Source: Gloeobacterales cyanobacterium (GTDB lineage Bacteria > Cyanobacteriota > Cyanobacteriia > Gloeobacterales > PMM-0068). From it: 64,000 nucleotides of DNA. Shown here piece by piece: positions 10,418-20,030 of this stretch. The position numbers were made by a program, and so were the translations under genes. Within the stretch, counting starts at the first letter, position 1. Every line of letters begins with the position of its first letter. The notes below the pieces were generated by a model. It did no database searches. It was not told the DNA's origin and saw nothing but the letters and a program-made list of their open reading frames with translations. Location of the stretch: assembly GCA_038245785.1 (NCBI GenBank), contig JBBRSB010000021.1:21322-85321 (forward strand), in the 5' to 3' direction.

Positions 10418-10445
10418 AGGGCGGCCCCTGAGCTATGCCGAAGGG
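10418..10445 (-). repeat. 24-nt micro-element CCCTTCGGCATAGCTCAGGGG family with 4-bp direct repeat
   Basis: Removal restores VEVSHTLISNV; similar to 19088-19125. Confidence 0.7.
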
Positions 10446-11112
10446 TGTGGGACACTTCTACCCCATACAAATCGTGCAACTGTGCTTGGATATCTCGGGT
10501 CGTCATGCCACGGGCGTAGAGCGACAAGATCTTGTCATCAAAGCCGTTAAAGCGGGTCTGGCCCTTCTGGATAATCATTGGTTCAAACTCGCTGTGGCGG
10601 TCGCGCGGCACGGCAATCGCCGCTTCCCCAAACTCGCCTTTAATGGTCTTCTTGCTGTGACCGTTGCGGCGATTTTTTGGACTAACAGGCGCTGACTCTG
10701 CAGGCTCTTGTTCCAGATGAGTATCCAATTCAGCCGTTAAGCAGCGCTCGACTAAGGCTTTGGTCAATTGCTTGAAAATGCCGCCTTCCCCCATCAGGTC
10801 TTCGGGGTTACGATAGTCCTTGAGCAATTCATCAATGAGTTCCGGTCGAAAGGTCATGGTCTGTACCTCGGTGAGTTAGTTCATTAGATCTCAAGCTCTG
10901 ACCTTTGACACAAACTAATTTACACTCCCATGCATCCGGTTCGGTGGCGATCGTTCCTGCCAGATGTGCTCCTACCGAAAACCCAACAATACCGATCCGC
11001 TTTGAGTCGATGTCGAAACTGGCAGCACGACCGATGCCCCCAGATACCCCACGATCGTCGAAACTTTCTGATTCATGTCAATCGCTCCTTATTAAGTGAT
11101 AAAGAATATCCA

Positions 11113-11967
11113 TCAGCTAAGGGCTGTTTTATAATCGCGGGCAAATTCCTCAAAACTACGTGGTGCTTTATTGATCGCATCTTGCACACCAGACAACACA
11201 GCCGCCGCCTCATTGCGTCGATAATGCGCGTAATCTTCCAGCAGTCCTTCCGCTTGCCAGACTGGCATCCCGAAACCTAGCAGACTTTCGAGCATTGCTT
11301 CGGGTGAGACATCAACAAACGCAATCCGACGACCGATTGCGGCTGAGATATATTCTGCCATCTCACTATGCGTCAGTGCCTGCGGTCCCGTCAGGTTGTA
11401 AATCTTGTTCTCATGCCCAGTTTCTGTCAGCGCAGCTACGGCTACCGCTGCAATATCCCGTACGTCTACAACGCTAACTTTTGCATCGCCAGCGGCTGCA
11501 TAAAAGGCGTTCTGGGCTGCAATCGTCGATCGAAAGTTTAACAGGCCCTGCATGAACAGGTTGGGACGCAGAAATGTATGTGTTATTCCTGCCGCAACGA
11601 TCGCTGCTTCTACTGCCGCATGGTAGCGCAAATAACGCACGGGAGATTTGGCATTGGCGGCAAACTGTGACAGTTTAACAATGTGTTGAACTCCGCTTTG
11701 TCGTGATGTATCGACAAAGGCGATCTGTTGGGCTTGGGCATGTTCGGTTGAATTTGTGAGCAAAAACGCCCGTTCCACACCAGCAAGTGCCTTCAGTAGC
11801 GTCTCAGGTCGATCGAAATCTCCTTCCACTATCTCGACATTGGGTAAGGCGATCTCGTCTGCACGATGGCGATCTCTGACCATTGCGCGGACTCGCACGT
11901 TTTTTGCCGAAAGCTGCTTGATGATCTCGGCTCCATTGTTTCCAGTTGCACCAGTAATTAAAATCAT
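11113..11967 (-). CDS. NmrA-like atypical SDR / NAD(P)H oxidoreductase
   Basis: ILITGATGNNG, FLRPNLFMQ, VDVRDIA. Confidence 0.88.
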   Translation of the reverse strand: MILITGATGNNGAEIIKQLSAKNVRVRAMVRDRHRADEIALPNVEIVEGDFDRPETLLKALAGVERAFLLTNSTEHAQAQQIAFVDTSRQSGVQHIVKLSQFAANAKSPVRYLRYHAAVEAAIVAAGITHTFLRPNLFMQGLLNFRSTIAAQNAFYAAAGDAKVSVVDVRDIAAVAVAALTETGHENKIYNLTGPQALTHSEMAEYISAAIGRRIAFVDVSPEAMLESLLGFGMPVWQAEGLLEDYAHYRRNEAAAVLSGVQDAINKAPRSFEEFARDYKTALS

Positions 11968-11994
11968 GTTGATGATCCTTGATAATTGTTGTTT

Positions 11995-12250
11995 TTAAGA
12001 TGAGTGCTGACAGAAATTATCGAGCCAGTAACGAGTCCGACCGTCGAGATCCTTGATGCCGAAGACTTTGCCGAAAGGCATTTGCTTGAGAGGAAGGCTG
12101 ACTTCGGCTTTTTGGGATCGATCTCTGAAAGCTGCCTCAACATCATCTACAAGCCAATATGGCTCTGGCTCGCAATTGCCTGCCATCGGCTCGTCGCTGG
12201 CGATCGCGAAGGTGGCAAATTGGACGAATGTGAGGTGGTAACGCTCTACG
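11995..12250 (-). pseudogene. VOC/glyoxalase-like fragment
   Basis: YWLVDDVEAAF..QMPFGKVFGIKDLDG; no clear 5' end. Confidence 0.5.
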
Positions 12251-12340
12251 AGACACCATGATTGCAGGTGGTTGCCTTGTTTGTCGTGTCCGTTTTCCTT
12301 GCTGTTGTAGTGGCCCCTGCGGATTTGCCTATTCGTGCGA

Positions 12341-13894
12341 TCACTGCCCCTGCCTTCCACGTAGCTCGATCGCGTTTCGATCCAAACGGCTACGAGAGAA
12401 GTACTGGCGGTGGTGCACCACCGCCGATACGGAACTGAGATTCGCCACGCGAGCAAGTGGGTCGGCGGCCAGCAAGACGATATTGGCCTCCATTCCCGAA
12501 GCGATCCTGCCCATCGTTTTGGTGCGGCCCAGGAACCGGGCGGGTTCGACCGTCGTCATTTGCAGGATTTTCAACGGCGTCAGGCCAGCTTTTGCCAGCT
12601 CGGCAAACTCCTGACGCAACGCTTGTCCCGGAACATCGCCCTTTCCGTCGGTTCCGGTCATCATCTGTACTCCTTCAGCATTCCATAGCGCGACGACGGC
12701 GAGGCGCAGTTTATAGGTGTCGCGAAACGTCGCGCGCATCGCTGCTGGCAGTGAATGGAAATGTGCGGCCGATTCACGCCATGCCGTTTTCGTATCCTCG
12801 CTCATGTTCGTCAGTGCCGGGTCGGTTTCATACTCGGGCAGGTCGGCAAGTTCCTGTGTCCGCATCCGTACCAGCGTCGGCACCTGCCAGGTGTTGTTCG
12901 CCTTGAATGCCCGCGCGAGTGTCCGGCAACGCCCAATGTCGAAGCTGTCGAGCGCCCGTTGCCGCAGCGAGACTGTTGCCGACGAATCGTTCACCGTCGG
13001 ATTGATCAGTTGGCTATTGACGCGCTTCATGACGATATCGCCCACCACCGGTATGCGCATGATCCACCACGGGATCGCCGCGTCCTCCGTCTTAACGCGG
13101 CGAAGCTCAACAGGATTGGACGAACACTCAATCCACAGGGGGTTACCGGTTCCGAAATGCTCTATTGAGCTGAATCCCGCCTTTGAGGCTTCCAGCGGCG
13201 AGATGTCCGGTGGCAGGTGTCCGGCGGTCGGCAGCCCCAGGCGGTTGGCTTCGTCGATCGCGGCGAAAAACGCTGATCGCGGCGCGAGGATGATCTTGAT
13301 AAAATCGGCATGCTGCCTCTTCTGCCGATCGACCTCCGCTCGGGCTTCCTCCGGCGACCCGGCGTTGAACGGCATCAGGATCTCGCCCGGCATCGCTAGC
13401 AGATCCGGCGTGTCGACCCCGAGTGGAAGCCGTCCTTCATCCCTTGCCTTCAGGAGCTTCGGCGTACCCGACATCTGGCGAAAGCCGGTCACGCCTTCGG
13501 CCAGCATCGTCGCCAGCATCAACCGGGGCGATTTTGCGATCAGCGCATGCGAATGCATGTTGTTATAGCCGGGAACAGCGAAGCGATTGCTGCCGTTGAT
13601 CGTCGTGACGGATCCCGCCGGTCGGACATCCCGAGTCGGCAGTACGCTGACGATCTTCCCCTTGTTTGTAAGGATCGACATGGCTGGCCGTTCGCTGCCG
13701 TCGCTCGGGTCGACGACCGTGACGTTGTCGATACGCAGCAGACCGGCATTCGGCAACTGTTGTCGCGTCGGTTGTTCAGTACATGCCGCGATCGCCAGCG
13801 CCAGCAAGGCGGCAAGGAGGCGCGGTTGCCAAGCGCCCCGCGATGGTGAGGCCCGGCCAGATGTACGTGTAGCTTTATCTGTTGCGCTGTTCAT
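12341..13894 (-). CDS. Amidohydrolase family lipoprotein
   Basis: LAIAAC lipobox-like, PGYNNMHSH, GTD, GRIASGMEANIVLL; GC-rich. Confidence 0.8.
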   Translation of the reverse strand: MNSATDKATRTSGRASPSRGAWQPRLLAALLALAIAACTEQPTRQQLPNAGLLRIDNVTVVDPSDGSERPAMSILTNKGKIVSVLPTRDVRPAGSVTTINGSNRFAVPGYNNMHSHALIAKSPRLMLATMLAEGVTGFRQMSGTPKLLKARDEGRLPLGVDTPDLLAMPGEILMPFNAGSPEEARAEVDRQKRQHADFIKIILAPRSAFFAAIDEANRLGLPTAGHLPPDISPLEASKAGFSSIEHFGTGNPLWIECSSNPVELRRVKTEDAAIPWWIMRIPVVGDIVMKRVNSQLINPTVNDSSATVSLRQRALDSFDIGRCRTLARAFKANNTWQVPTLVRMRTQELADLPEYETDPALTNMSEDTKTAWRESAAHFHSLPAAMRATFRDTYKLRLAVVALWNAEGVQMMTGTDGKGDVPGQALRQEFAELAKAGLTPLKILQMTTVEPARFLGRTKTMGRIASGMEANIVLLAADPLARVANLSSVSAVVHHRQYFSRSRLDRNAIELRGRQGQ

Positions 13895-13943
13895 CGGGTG
13901 GTTAGCTCGCGGTAGGTCGTTTCGACGAAGGTCGGAAAGCGGG

Positions 13944-14072
13944 ACACCACACATTTCAACTGCGGCTCGTAGTCCAATCGGGTTGAACCTCATGCTGGCG
14001 ACCAGGATGTTGGTCTGAAATAGTCGGATGGCAGCCGCTTGTTGGTAAAGGCCTGCCGACCGGCGGATTGCG
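13944..14072 (-). pseudogene. Diverged remnant of the amidohydrolase at 14948-16021
   Basis: Aligns to 15108-15238 (TNILV..FNPIG.RAAVEMCGV). Confidence 0.75.
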
Positions 14073-14380
14073 GACTCCATATTCAAACCATTTTTAAAAC
14101 ATAATAACTATGGTTCAAATCACAAAATTCGGTATTGTTTAATCCTCATTCCTTACGAATTAATCGTTGGAGAAATTCTGGTGGTAGCGACTTGACGAAA
14201 TAGGCCTTTATTGGTTCATTGCGATTCGAGTTCTTCACATAAGATCCAGTTAGAAGAGGACGATATTCAGTCTGATGAGCAAGATATATTTTCATGAAAG
14301 CCGTACTAAAAGCCTGAAGATGAATGCGTCCTAATTCTGGATCGCGCTCAGAGAAGCGATTAGACGCTTTTGTATCAGAG

Positions 14381-14755
14381 TCATCGATTTGCACTAGTAA
14401 CTAACTCCTTGGGCTTTACCTTATCGCCTTCTCTAACGGCAACATTGGCAACTCTACCGCCGATTTTGGCAGAAACATCGGTTTCATAACCCTCAATCCG
14501 CCCGCTGAGAAAAATGCCATTCTCGTCAGGGTGGTAGAAAAACACGCGGTAGACTCCGAAGCCAACTCCGGCAACCAGCGCGATCGCCCCTAAAATTCGG
14601 AGTATCTTAGGAATCTTCTGCCACGGCTTTTGGGGAGGAGTGGTAGGGTCAGATGGCTGCTTCTGCTCCAACTCCGGAGTCTGCGGCTTTTCCTGAACCT
14701 GAGGGTCAGTTGTCTGTTGAGCACCATTGTTGGAATCAGTCTGGGTGGATGGCAT
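14381..14755 (-). pseudogene. HlyD-family membrane fusion protein, truncated
   Basis: TM helix then LSGRIEGYETDVSAKIGGRV..VREGDKV, ends abruptly. Confidence 0.75.
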
Positions 14756-14947
14756 AGCCGCTCCTTGGATAAAGAGTTGAAATGGTTTACGTAATGTATT
14801 GCTGCGAAGGGAGGTTATCGTCTCTGCAACGTCAGCGTTCATATCAACAAATAAATTGTGATGGGAGAGATCGAGAAGTTCAGTACGGCCACTGCCAATT
14901 GCGAATTTCAGGCATAGATGCACGGGTGGTTTCGTTCATTGCGTTGC

Positions 14948-16021
14948 TCATGGCGCGGTTAGGCCCAGGCGGAAAACCTTGTTGCTTGTCTTCCAGAACA
15001 CCATGTCGCGCTCGGCCTTGTTAGGAAACACGTCTTCGACGATCTTGACGTGTTCTTCAACTCCGTACGGGATGGGCCCGTAGTCACTGCCGAACACCAC
15101 TCGGTCAACGCCGCACATCTCAACGGCGGCTCGCACTCCAATGGGATTGAACCCCATGGTGTCGACCAAGATGTTGGTCTTGAAGTAATCGGATGGCAGT
15201 CGCTTGTTGGTGTACGGCCTGCCGGCTGGCGGGTTCGGGATGTCCTTGTAGTTGAGCTGCCAGGTGAAGTTGAGGCGGCCCAGAATCGACGCGAGTTCAC
15301 CTCCCATGTGGACGATCAGCACCTGCAGCTTCGGGTGGCGATCGAACACGCCGGAGCCAATCATGCGAGCGCCGTTGACGGTCGAGTCGAAGGGACGACC
15401 GACCGCCTCGTTGAGGCGATATTGCATGAGCAGTTCGTGCCCGATCGAGAGCATGGGCGGGTGAATGTGGACGACGAGATCGTTCGCCACCGCAAACTCC
15501 CACAGCCACTCCGCCTTCGGACTGTCCAGGTACTCGCGCTCCAACCCGTCGCCATAGCTGGACGCCACCGCAATCGCCTTGGCACCGCCCGTTTTGATCA
15601 TCTCCTCGATGACGGGCCGGCAGCTTTCCTCGAGCGCGTGCGCGTTGGCCATCAGCGCGAACTCGGTGGGATAGCGATCCCGGATCTCGAGGTATTCGTT
15701 GTTCACGAACTTGAGGGCGTCTACCGTGCTGACTCGGAGCAGATCCTTTGCGAACCATTCCACCTCACCGCCATTGCTCGCTAGGCTGAGCGTGACGCCG
15801 CCGGCGCGTTGCTTGGGCATCGCGTACTCCAGATCGAAGAACTCGCGATAGCAGATCAGGTCCTTGTCGTTAGATTGCGGGAATGATTTCTTTGAGTCAT
15901 ACAAGCCTGCGTCCTCCATCTTGGCCGCGAGCTTGGGTCCGATCGGGTGCCGGTGGGTATCGACGATTGCTGGGCGTTCCGTTCCGTTCGGCGGTGTTTG
16001 GGCTAAGTTAACTTGATTCAT
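14948..16021 (-). CDS. Amidohydrolase-2 family protein
   Basis: VDTHRH, VHIHPP, VHMGG, FGSDYGP; GC-rich. Confidence 0.85.
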   Translation of the reverse strand: MNQVNLAQTPPNGTERPAIVDTHRHPIGPKLAAKMEDAGLYDSKKSFPQSNDKDLICYREFFDLEYAMPKQRAGGVTLSLASNGGEVEWFAKDLLRVSTVDALKFVNNEYLEIRDRYPTEFALMANAHALEESCRPVIEEMIKTGGAKAIAVASSYGDGLEREYLDSPKAEWLWEFAVANDLVVHIHPPMLSIGHELLMQYRLNEAVGRPFDSTVNGARMIGSGVFDRHPKLQVLIVHMGGELASILGRLNFTWQLNYKDIPNPPAGRPYTNKRLPSDYFKTNILVDTMGFNPIGVRAAVEMCGVDRVVFGSDYGPIPYGVEEHVKIVEDVFPNKAERDMVFWKTSNKVFRLGLTAP

Positions 16022-16125
16022 GATTTTCCTTGTGTACACTTGCTTGAGTTAGGCTGAAATTTAATCGCTCTGCGGATTTTGTTGCAAAGACTTGTTCAGT
16101 GTCAAACAATCAGCTTTTTATCTAT

Positions 16126-16165
16126 TTAGCGCCGTGTTAGCGCCGTGCAATTTAGCGCCGTGCAA
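16126..16165. repeat. Short tandem repeat TTAGCGCCGTG x3
   Basis: Directly visible. Confidence 0.7.
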
Positions 16166-16319
16166 TCTCGGAGCCTAAATGTCGGTTCTGACCGCTTTTC
16201 TTCACTGTTTAGTCTAAATTCCAGTCGTTTAGGAACAGGATCGAGGCAACGATGCCAGCTAGTACGGCCATTGCCAATTCAGAATCACAGGCATATCCTC
16301 TCCGTGTTTTGTGATGTAT

Positions 16320-16403
16320 TGTCTGTGGTTTAGGTTGCGCGATCGCTTCGAGTGTCAGAACGTCTGGCTCACCGTATTGATGAACGCGGATTGCTTGCAT
16401 CAT
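16320..16403 (-). pseudogene. N-terminal fragment of an NADP-dependent oxidoreductase
   Basis: MQAIRVHQYGEPDVLTLE..PKP resembles the start of 34306-35253. Confidence 0.6.
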
Positions 16404-16487
16404 CTTACTTCCAGATTTTTATGGTGTATTAAAAACGATCCAATCCTGAGTGCCTTGCGTTTTTATTAAAAGCTGATGAGAACCTAA

Positions 16488-16585
16488 TAAGTAGCTAGGT
16501 GGAATTAAGAAGTCCCCCTACCCTCCGGGCAAGGGGGACGGCGATAGCTGGGGGCTCTGTGTTCGCTTTAATTAAGCCCACCCAC
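16488..16585. mobile_element. Degenerate MITE-like element containing a GTCCCCCT..AGGGGGAC hairpin repeat
   Basis: Imperfect inverted ends (AAGTAGCTAGGTGGAATTAA / TTAATTAAGCCCACCCAC); inner hairpin 16512-16539. Confidence 0.45.
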
Positions 16586-16595
16586 AGTTGTCATT

Positions 16596-17132
16596 TCACG
16601 CTCTTGACGCGACACCTAGGCTGATTCTGTCGAGCATCTGCTTCGCCTGACTTACATCCTCTTCGCTACCTGTCACCAGGATGATGAACTCGCCCGCTTC
16701 ATTAATTTGAGTTTCGTACTTCAGCACCTCGTGCTCCGGGATGCCTAACCCTCCCAATGCACCCGCCAGTCCTCCCACGGCAGCAGCACTAGCGCCACCA
16801 ATCACAGTGCCTTCCAACCAACCCGCCAACACTCCAACAATTGGACCGGCAATAACGATTGGAGCGATGCCGGGAATAAATACCACTCCAGCCCCTGCTA
16901 AAATGCCAAAGAAACCGCCAACGAAGCTTCCCCAGTAACCACCTCCTACAGCTCCAGCTTGGGCTGTATCCTTCCAGGTAAGAAAACCGCGTACTTGCTC
17001 AGTGGTCTGGTAATCTTTGCCGATAATCGAGAGCTTTTGCAGATCGAAGCCTTGTTTTTGGAGTTCCAAGACAACCCTTTCTGCTTCTGTATGCGAAGGT
17101 AAATGAGCTACAACGGTATGTGCATATGTCAT
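16596..17132 (-). CDS. General stress protein (YflT/DUF1269-like membrane protein)
   Basis: LQKQGFDLQKLSIIGKDY, Gly-rich TM helices, GLGIP. Confidence 0.75.
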   Translation of the reverse strand: MTYAHTVVAHLPSHTEAERVVLELQKQGFDLQKLSIIGKDYQTTEQVRGFLTWKDTAQAGAVGGGYWGSFVGGFFGILAGAGVVFIPGIAPIVIAGPIVGVLAGWLEGTVIGGASAAAVGGLAGALGGLGIPEHEVLKYETQINEAGEFIILVTGSEEDVSQAKQMLDRISLGVASRA

Positions 17133-17239
17133 GAGTTTGTTTCCTTTATTTATGTCAACTAACTTCTTCGACAAGCTTGCTTTAATAAGAGAGGCGGAGG
17201 TCGTTACTCCTTCTGCTTCTTGCCTTCTGCACTCGTGTC

Positions 17240-17665
17240 TCACTTCCTCGTAGTCCCCGCAGCAGTCTCGGCATCTAGTCTTGCGGCTATCGCTGCCAGG
17301 TTAGCTTCTTCAGCTTCTTCTATCGTCGCCATGGCTAGGAAGGTTGCCGTATTGGCATAGTCTTCAGATTGATCGGCTCGATGTTCAAGTTTCTTGACTT
17401 CGCGACTGGCTTTCCATTCCTCGACATGCGACTTCACCTCAGATTCTTTTTCCTCAAATTGAGTTTTGAGCTTTGCCCGATACCCATCGAATTCTTGTTT
17501 TTTAGCGTCTAGATTTGTCTTCGCTTCGTCAAGTTTCGCTTGAATTTCAGCTTGAGTTTTTTCTGGTGCAGATCGCATGGTTTCCCTCAGCGATTTCGTC
17601 CGATCTTCAATGGCTTCTAAATTGTCATGAAGTTTTTTAGTAAAGTTGTCAATCGCAGTACTCAT
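17240..17665 (-). CDS. Hypothetical coiled-coil protein
   Basis: RBS; 141-aa charged helical ORF. Confidence 0.7.
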   Translation of the reverse strand: MSTAIDNFTKKLHDNLEAIEDRTKSLRETMRSAPEKTQAEIQAKLDEAKTNLDAKKQEFDGYRAKLKTQFEEKESEVKSHVEEWKASREVKKLEHRADQSEDYANTATFLAMATIEEAEEANLAAIAARLDAETAAGTTRK

Positions 17666-18002
17666 GATGATTTCTCCTAGTCAAGTATGTTGAGCTTTTG
17701 AAGTTTGGCTCTATCCTTGCCGAGTTTCAATTAAATCCCAGCTTAGATTGCTTCCACCTTGAATTAGATGGTTGCAAAAGTTGTTCAAGACAACCTATAC
17801 CTTTTGGATGTTTTATAAGAGCGCTATGTAAACTAGTGAAATATGACTCAAAATTTTACCTGGTTGTAAAAGGATCGTTTAACACTTTCGGCAGCAATGA
17901 CATAAGTAGGTTGGTCCAATTAAACATATATAGATTTCTCGAAATCCCCTTATCGAGGGGGTTCTGGCTTAAGCTATATCATTATTATTTTGGTTTATCC
18001 AC

Positions 18003-18808
18003 TTAGAGCGCCACAATTAATACCAGCACAAAACTAAGAGGCAACGGTTGAAATCCTAGCAGTCTTGCCAGGGGCGTTAAGGGAATAATTAATGTGACGG
18101 CAACTCTTGCCAGCGTTGCTCCCAACAAATACTTTCCTGGCTTACTTCTAAGAATGGATTGTCGGGTACGAACTACCAGTACAACCAGCGAAGCTGAGAT
18201 CACAGACTCCAGAAACCAGCCAGTTCTGAATTGTTCTGGCTGAGCTTGCAACAGCAGCATTAGTACCCCGAAGGTGAGGTAATCAAATATTGAACTCAGC
18301 AGTCCAAACACCACCATGAAGTTGCGGATGAACTCGATATCCATGCGGCGGGGTTTGTTTACCAATTCCTTGCCTACCCGATCGGTCGCGATGGTCATTT
18401 CCGGGAAATCAGTCAATAGGTTCATTAGCAAAATCTGACTGGGCAGTAGGGGCAAAAAGGGCAGAACTAGAGAAATGCCTGCCATGCTGAACATATTGCC
18501 GAAATTAGCGCTCGTTGCCATAAACACGTATTTGAGCGTATTGGCAAATGTGACCCGTCCCTCCTTCACACCCTCGACCAAGACCTTCAGATCCTTCTCC
18601 ATCAGCACAATATCTGCTGCCTCCTTTGCCACATCATCTTTTGTAAACAGGATACTTAAGCGTTTACGGTTGAAATCGTAGGGCACTTCATCAAGTTTTT
18701 GATAGCTAGAGATGTCGAATGTCTTGTGCTGACGAATCGCTTCGTCGATCGGATTCACGTAGCCTGACTCAGACGCGGCATTTAAATAGGCGTGGAACAG
18801 GACGCGAT
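18003..18808 (-). pseudogene. mgtA: Mg2+-transporting P-type ATPase remnant with internal deletion
   Basis: NPIDEAI, VPYDFNRKRLS fused directly to DVAKEAADIVL; SANFGNMFS, FRTGWFLES. Confidence 0.8.
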
Positions 18809-18901
18809 TTAAGTGTCAGCTTTGAGATCCCTGTTTATGTTAAAGGGAAGTAATCTGCTATCTTGGGCCATGATTCAGATCTCTCACCCCATAACGATTT
18901 C

Positions 18902-19087
18902 ATGATTTGTCCTGACTGCCATTCGAGGCTGTTCACTCAACTGAAGCGCACCACCAGTTTGGGCTACACAATTTTTCGCTGCAAGTCATGTAAGCGCGAT
19001 TACAACGAGCGCACGAGGACACCCTTTAATCACCTACAAGTCCTGACTGATATCGTTTTCGAGGTCTTATTGTGCCGAGTTCGCTAA
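18902..19087 (+). pseudogene. IS6-family transposase N-terminal fragment
   Basis: CPDC..LGYTIFRCKSCKRDYNERTRTPFN zinc-ribbon start. Confidence 0.65.
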
Positions 19088-19125
19088 CCTTCGACAGAGC
19101 TCAGGGCAGGAAGCTCAGGGGCCAC
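19088..19125 (+). repeat. Compound CCTTCGACAGAGCTCAGGG micro-repeat
   Basis: Two AGCTCAGGG units in tandem/nested at the IS6-IS110 junction. Confidence 0.7.
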
Positions 19126-19575
19126 CGCTTCGCCATAGGTATTGGTTGCTTCCAGGCAAGCATGAACTTGATTGACGCCTGTCTGGTTCAGCCATTGCAA
19201 TAAGGTTTGATGTCCTTCTGGCGTATTGGTGACTACTTTTGGCTTCGGCTTTTTTCCAGGTAGAAGCAGGGCCACCTGCAATTTGTGTTTACCCACATCA
19301 ATTCCGAGAACGGCTTGTACCATCAATCTTTCCCCTTGATGTCCTTAGAAAAGGAGACTGTCCCGCAACTAAGCTTGTTCATGCAGGTTCATCTCATCGT
19401 TTGAGAGACCTAAGATGCTGTCCAGCCTGCGGATGGCAGTCAAAGACGGTAAAAGGGTTTTATCTCAGGGCCAGGCTCAAAGCCTCAGCTTGTCTCAAAC
19501 TCTCTTTTACCGCTGACTCTTTAAGGCTAAGAGTCATTTGTACCAGTTTGTATCTGGTTGGTCTCAAGATACAAG
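19120..19575 (-). mobile_element. IS110 (IS621-like) left end with truncated recombinase (ORF 19326 to ~19120)
   Basis: LGIDVGK, CLEATNTY (DEDD RuvC N-terminus); left end begins CT-TGTAT at 19575. Confidence 0.85.
19356..19536 (-). ncRNA. Putative IS110 bridge RNA
   Basis: 5' hairpin (19514-19536); target loop closed by CGGTAAAAG/CTTTTACCG; donor loop closed by GACTG..CCGCA/TGCGG..CAGTC; guide segments include the core CT. Confidence 0.8.
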
Positions 19576-19890
19576 CTTGTCAAAGGGGAGTTCTTTCCAC
19601 TGACAGCCGAAGTACAACAGTTTTAAGATGTAGTTGAAGATGACATGCAAAGTGAGCTTTGGCTGAGGACCGCGAGTCCCCCCTGTGCAGGTGGGGCAAG
19701 ACAAATTCTTCAAACTGTTCTAAAGTCAAATGAGTGGGAATCCCTTGACTGGATTGAGATTGAGCCATCGAAACTCCTAACGACTGTCAAACTCATAAGA
19801 CTAAAGTCTTTTTGGTTTGAATGATGGAAAGGCAAGTATCTAAAGGCTTTCAGACAAATTCACACAGCAGGGAAAACCCGCAACCAGTTG
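19576..19890 (-). pseudogene. IS5-like transposase 5' fragment, frameshifted and interrupted by IS110
   Basis: LTLEQFEEFVLPHL..RGPQPKL..IFNYILKLLYFGCQWKELP across a frameshift. Confidence 0.6.
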
Positions 19891-20030
19891 TAAGTGTTAA
19901 GGAGGTCAGCCAGAATATTCGGCATTACCCAGATCCTAAAAGTCAATCAGGGCGATGACTCTAGCCGTTTGAGATCTTCCGTTTAATTGGCCCAAACTAC
20001 TTACGAATACCTCCTCCTCGGGACAAGCCA

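Larger units (their letters stand above)
9601..10857 (-). pseudogene. IS256 transposase with in-frame TAG at 10243-10245 and two micro-insertions
   Basis: NRRNGH, YPIVFLDA, CVDGL, QLCIVH, TTNAIES; both ORF halves are in the same frame. Confidence 0.9.
9565..10929 (-). mobile_element. IS256-family element
   Basis: ~27-bp imperfect terminal inverted repeats (GGGtaTGTAAAgTAtTTTGTGTCAA); 8-bp target duplication ATGCATCC at 9557-9564 and 10930-10937. Confidence 0.93.
9354..11060 (-). pseudogene. Alpha/beta hydrolase (esterase) fragment split by IS256
   Basis: RIGIVGFSVGAHLA on one side of the IS and SARPAFVALIYPV on the other, joined through the duplicated target. Confidence 0.65.

Noticed and set aside
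13895..14086. N-terminal extension of the amidohydrolase ORF (similarly 23559-23738 for the antiporter)
   Set aside because: Read-through of a gene remnant or overlap with the neighbouring gene; downstream ATGs fit better.
16126..16165. Possible CRISPR or iteron array
   Set aside because: Only three 11-nt units with 0-4 nt between them; no spacers, cas or rep gene.
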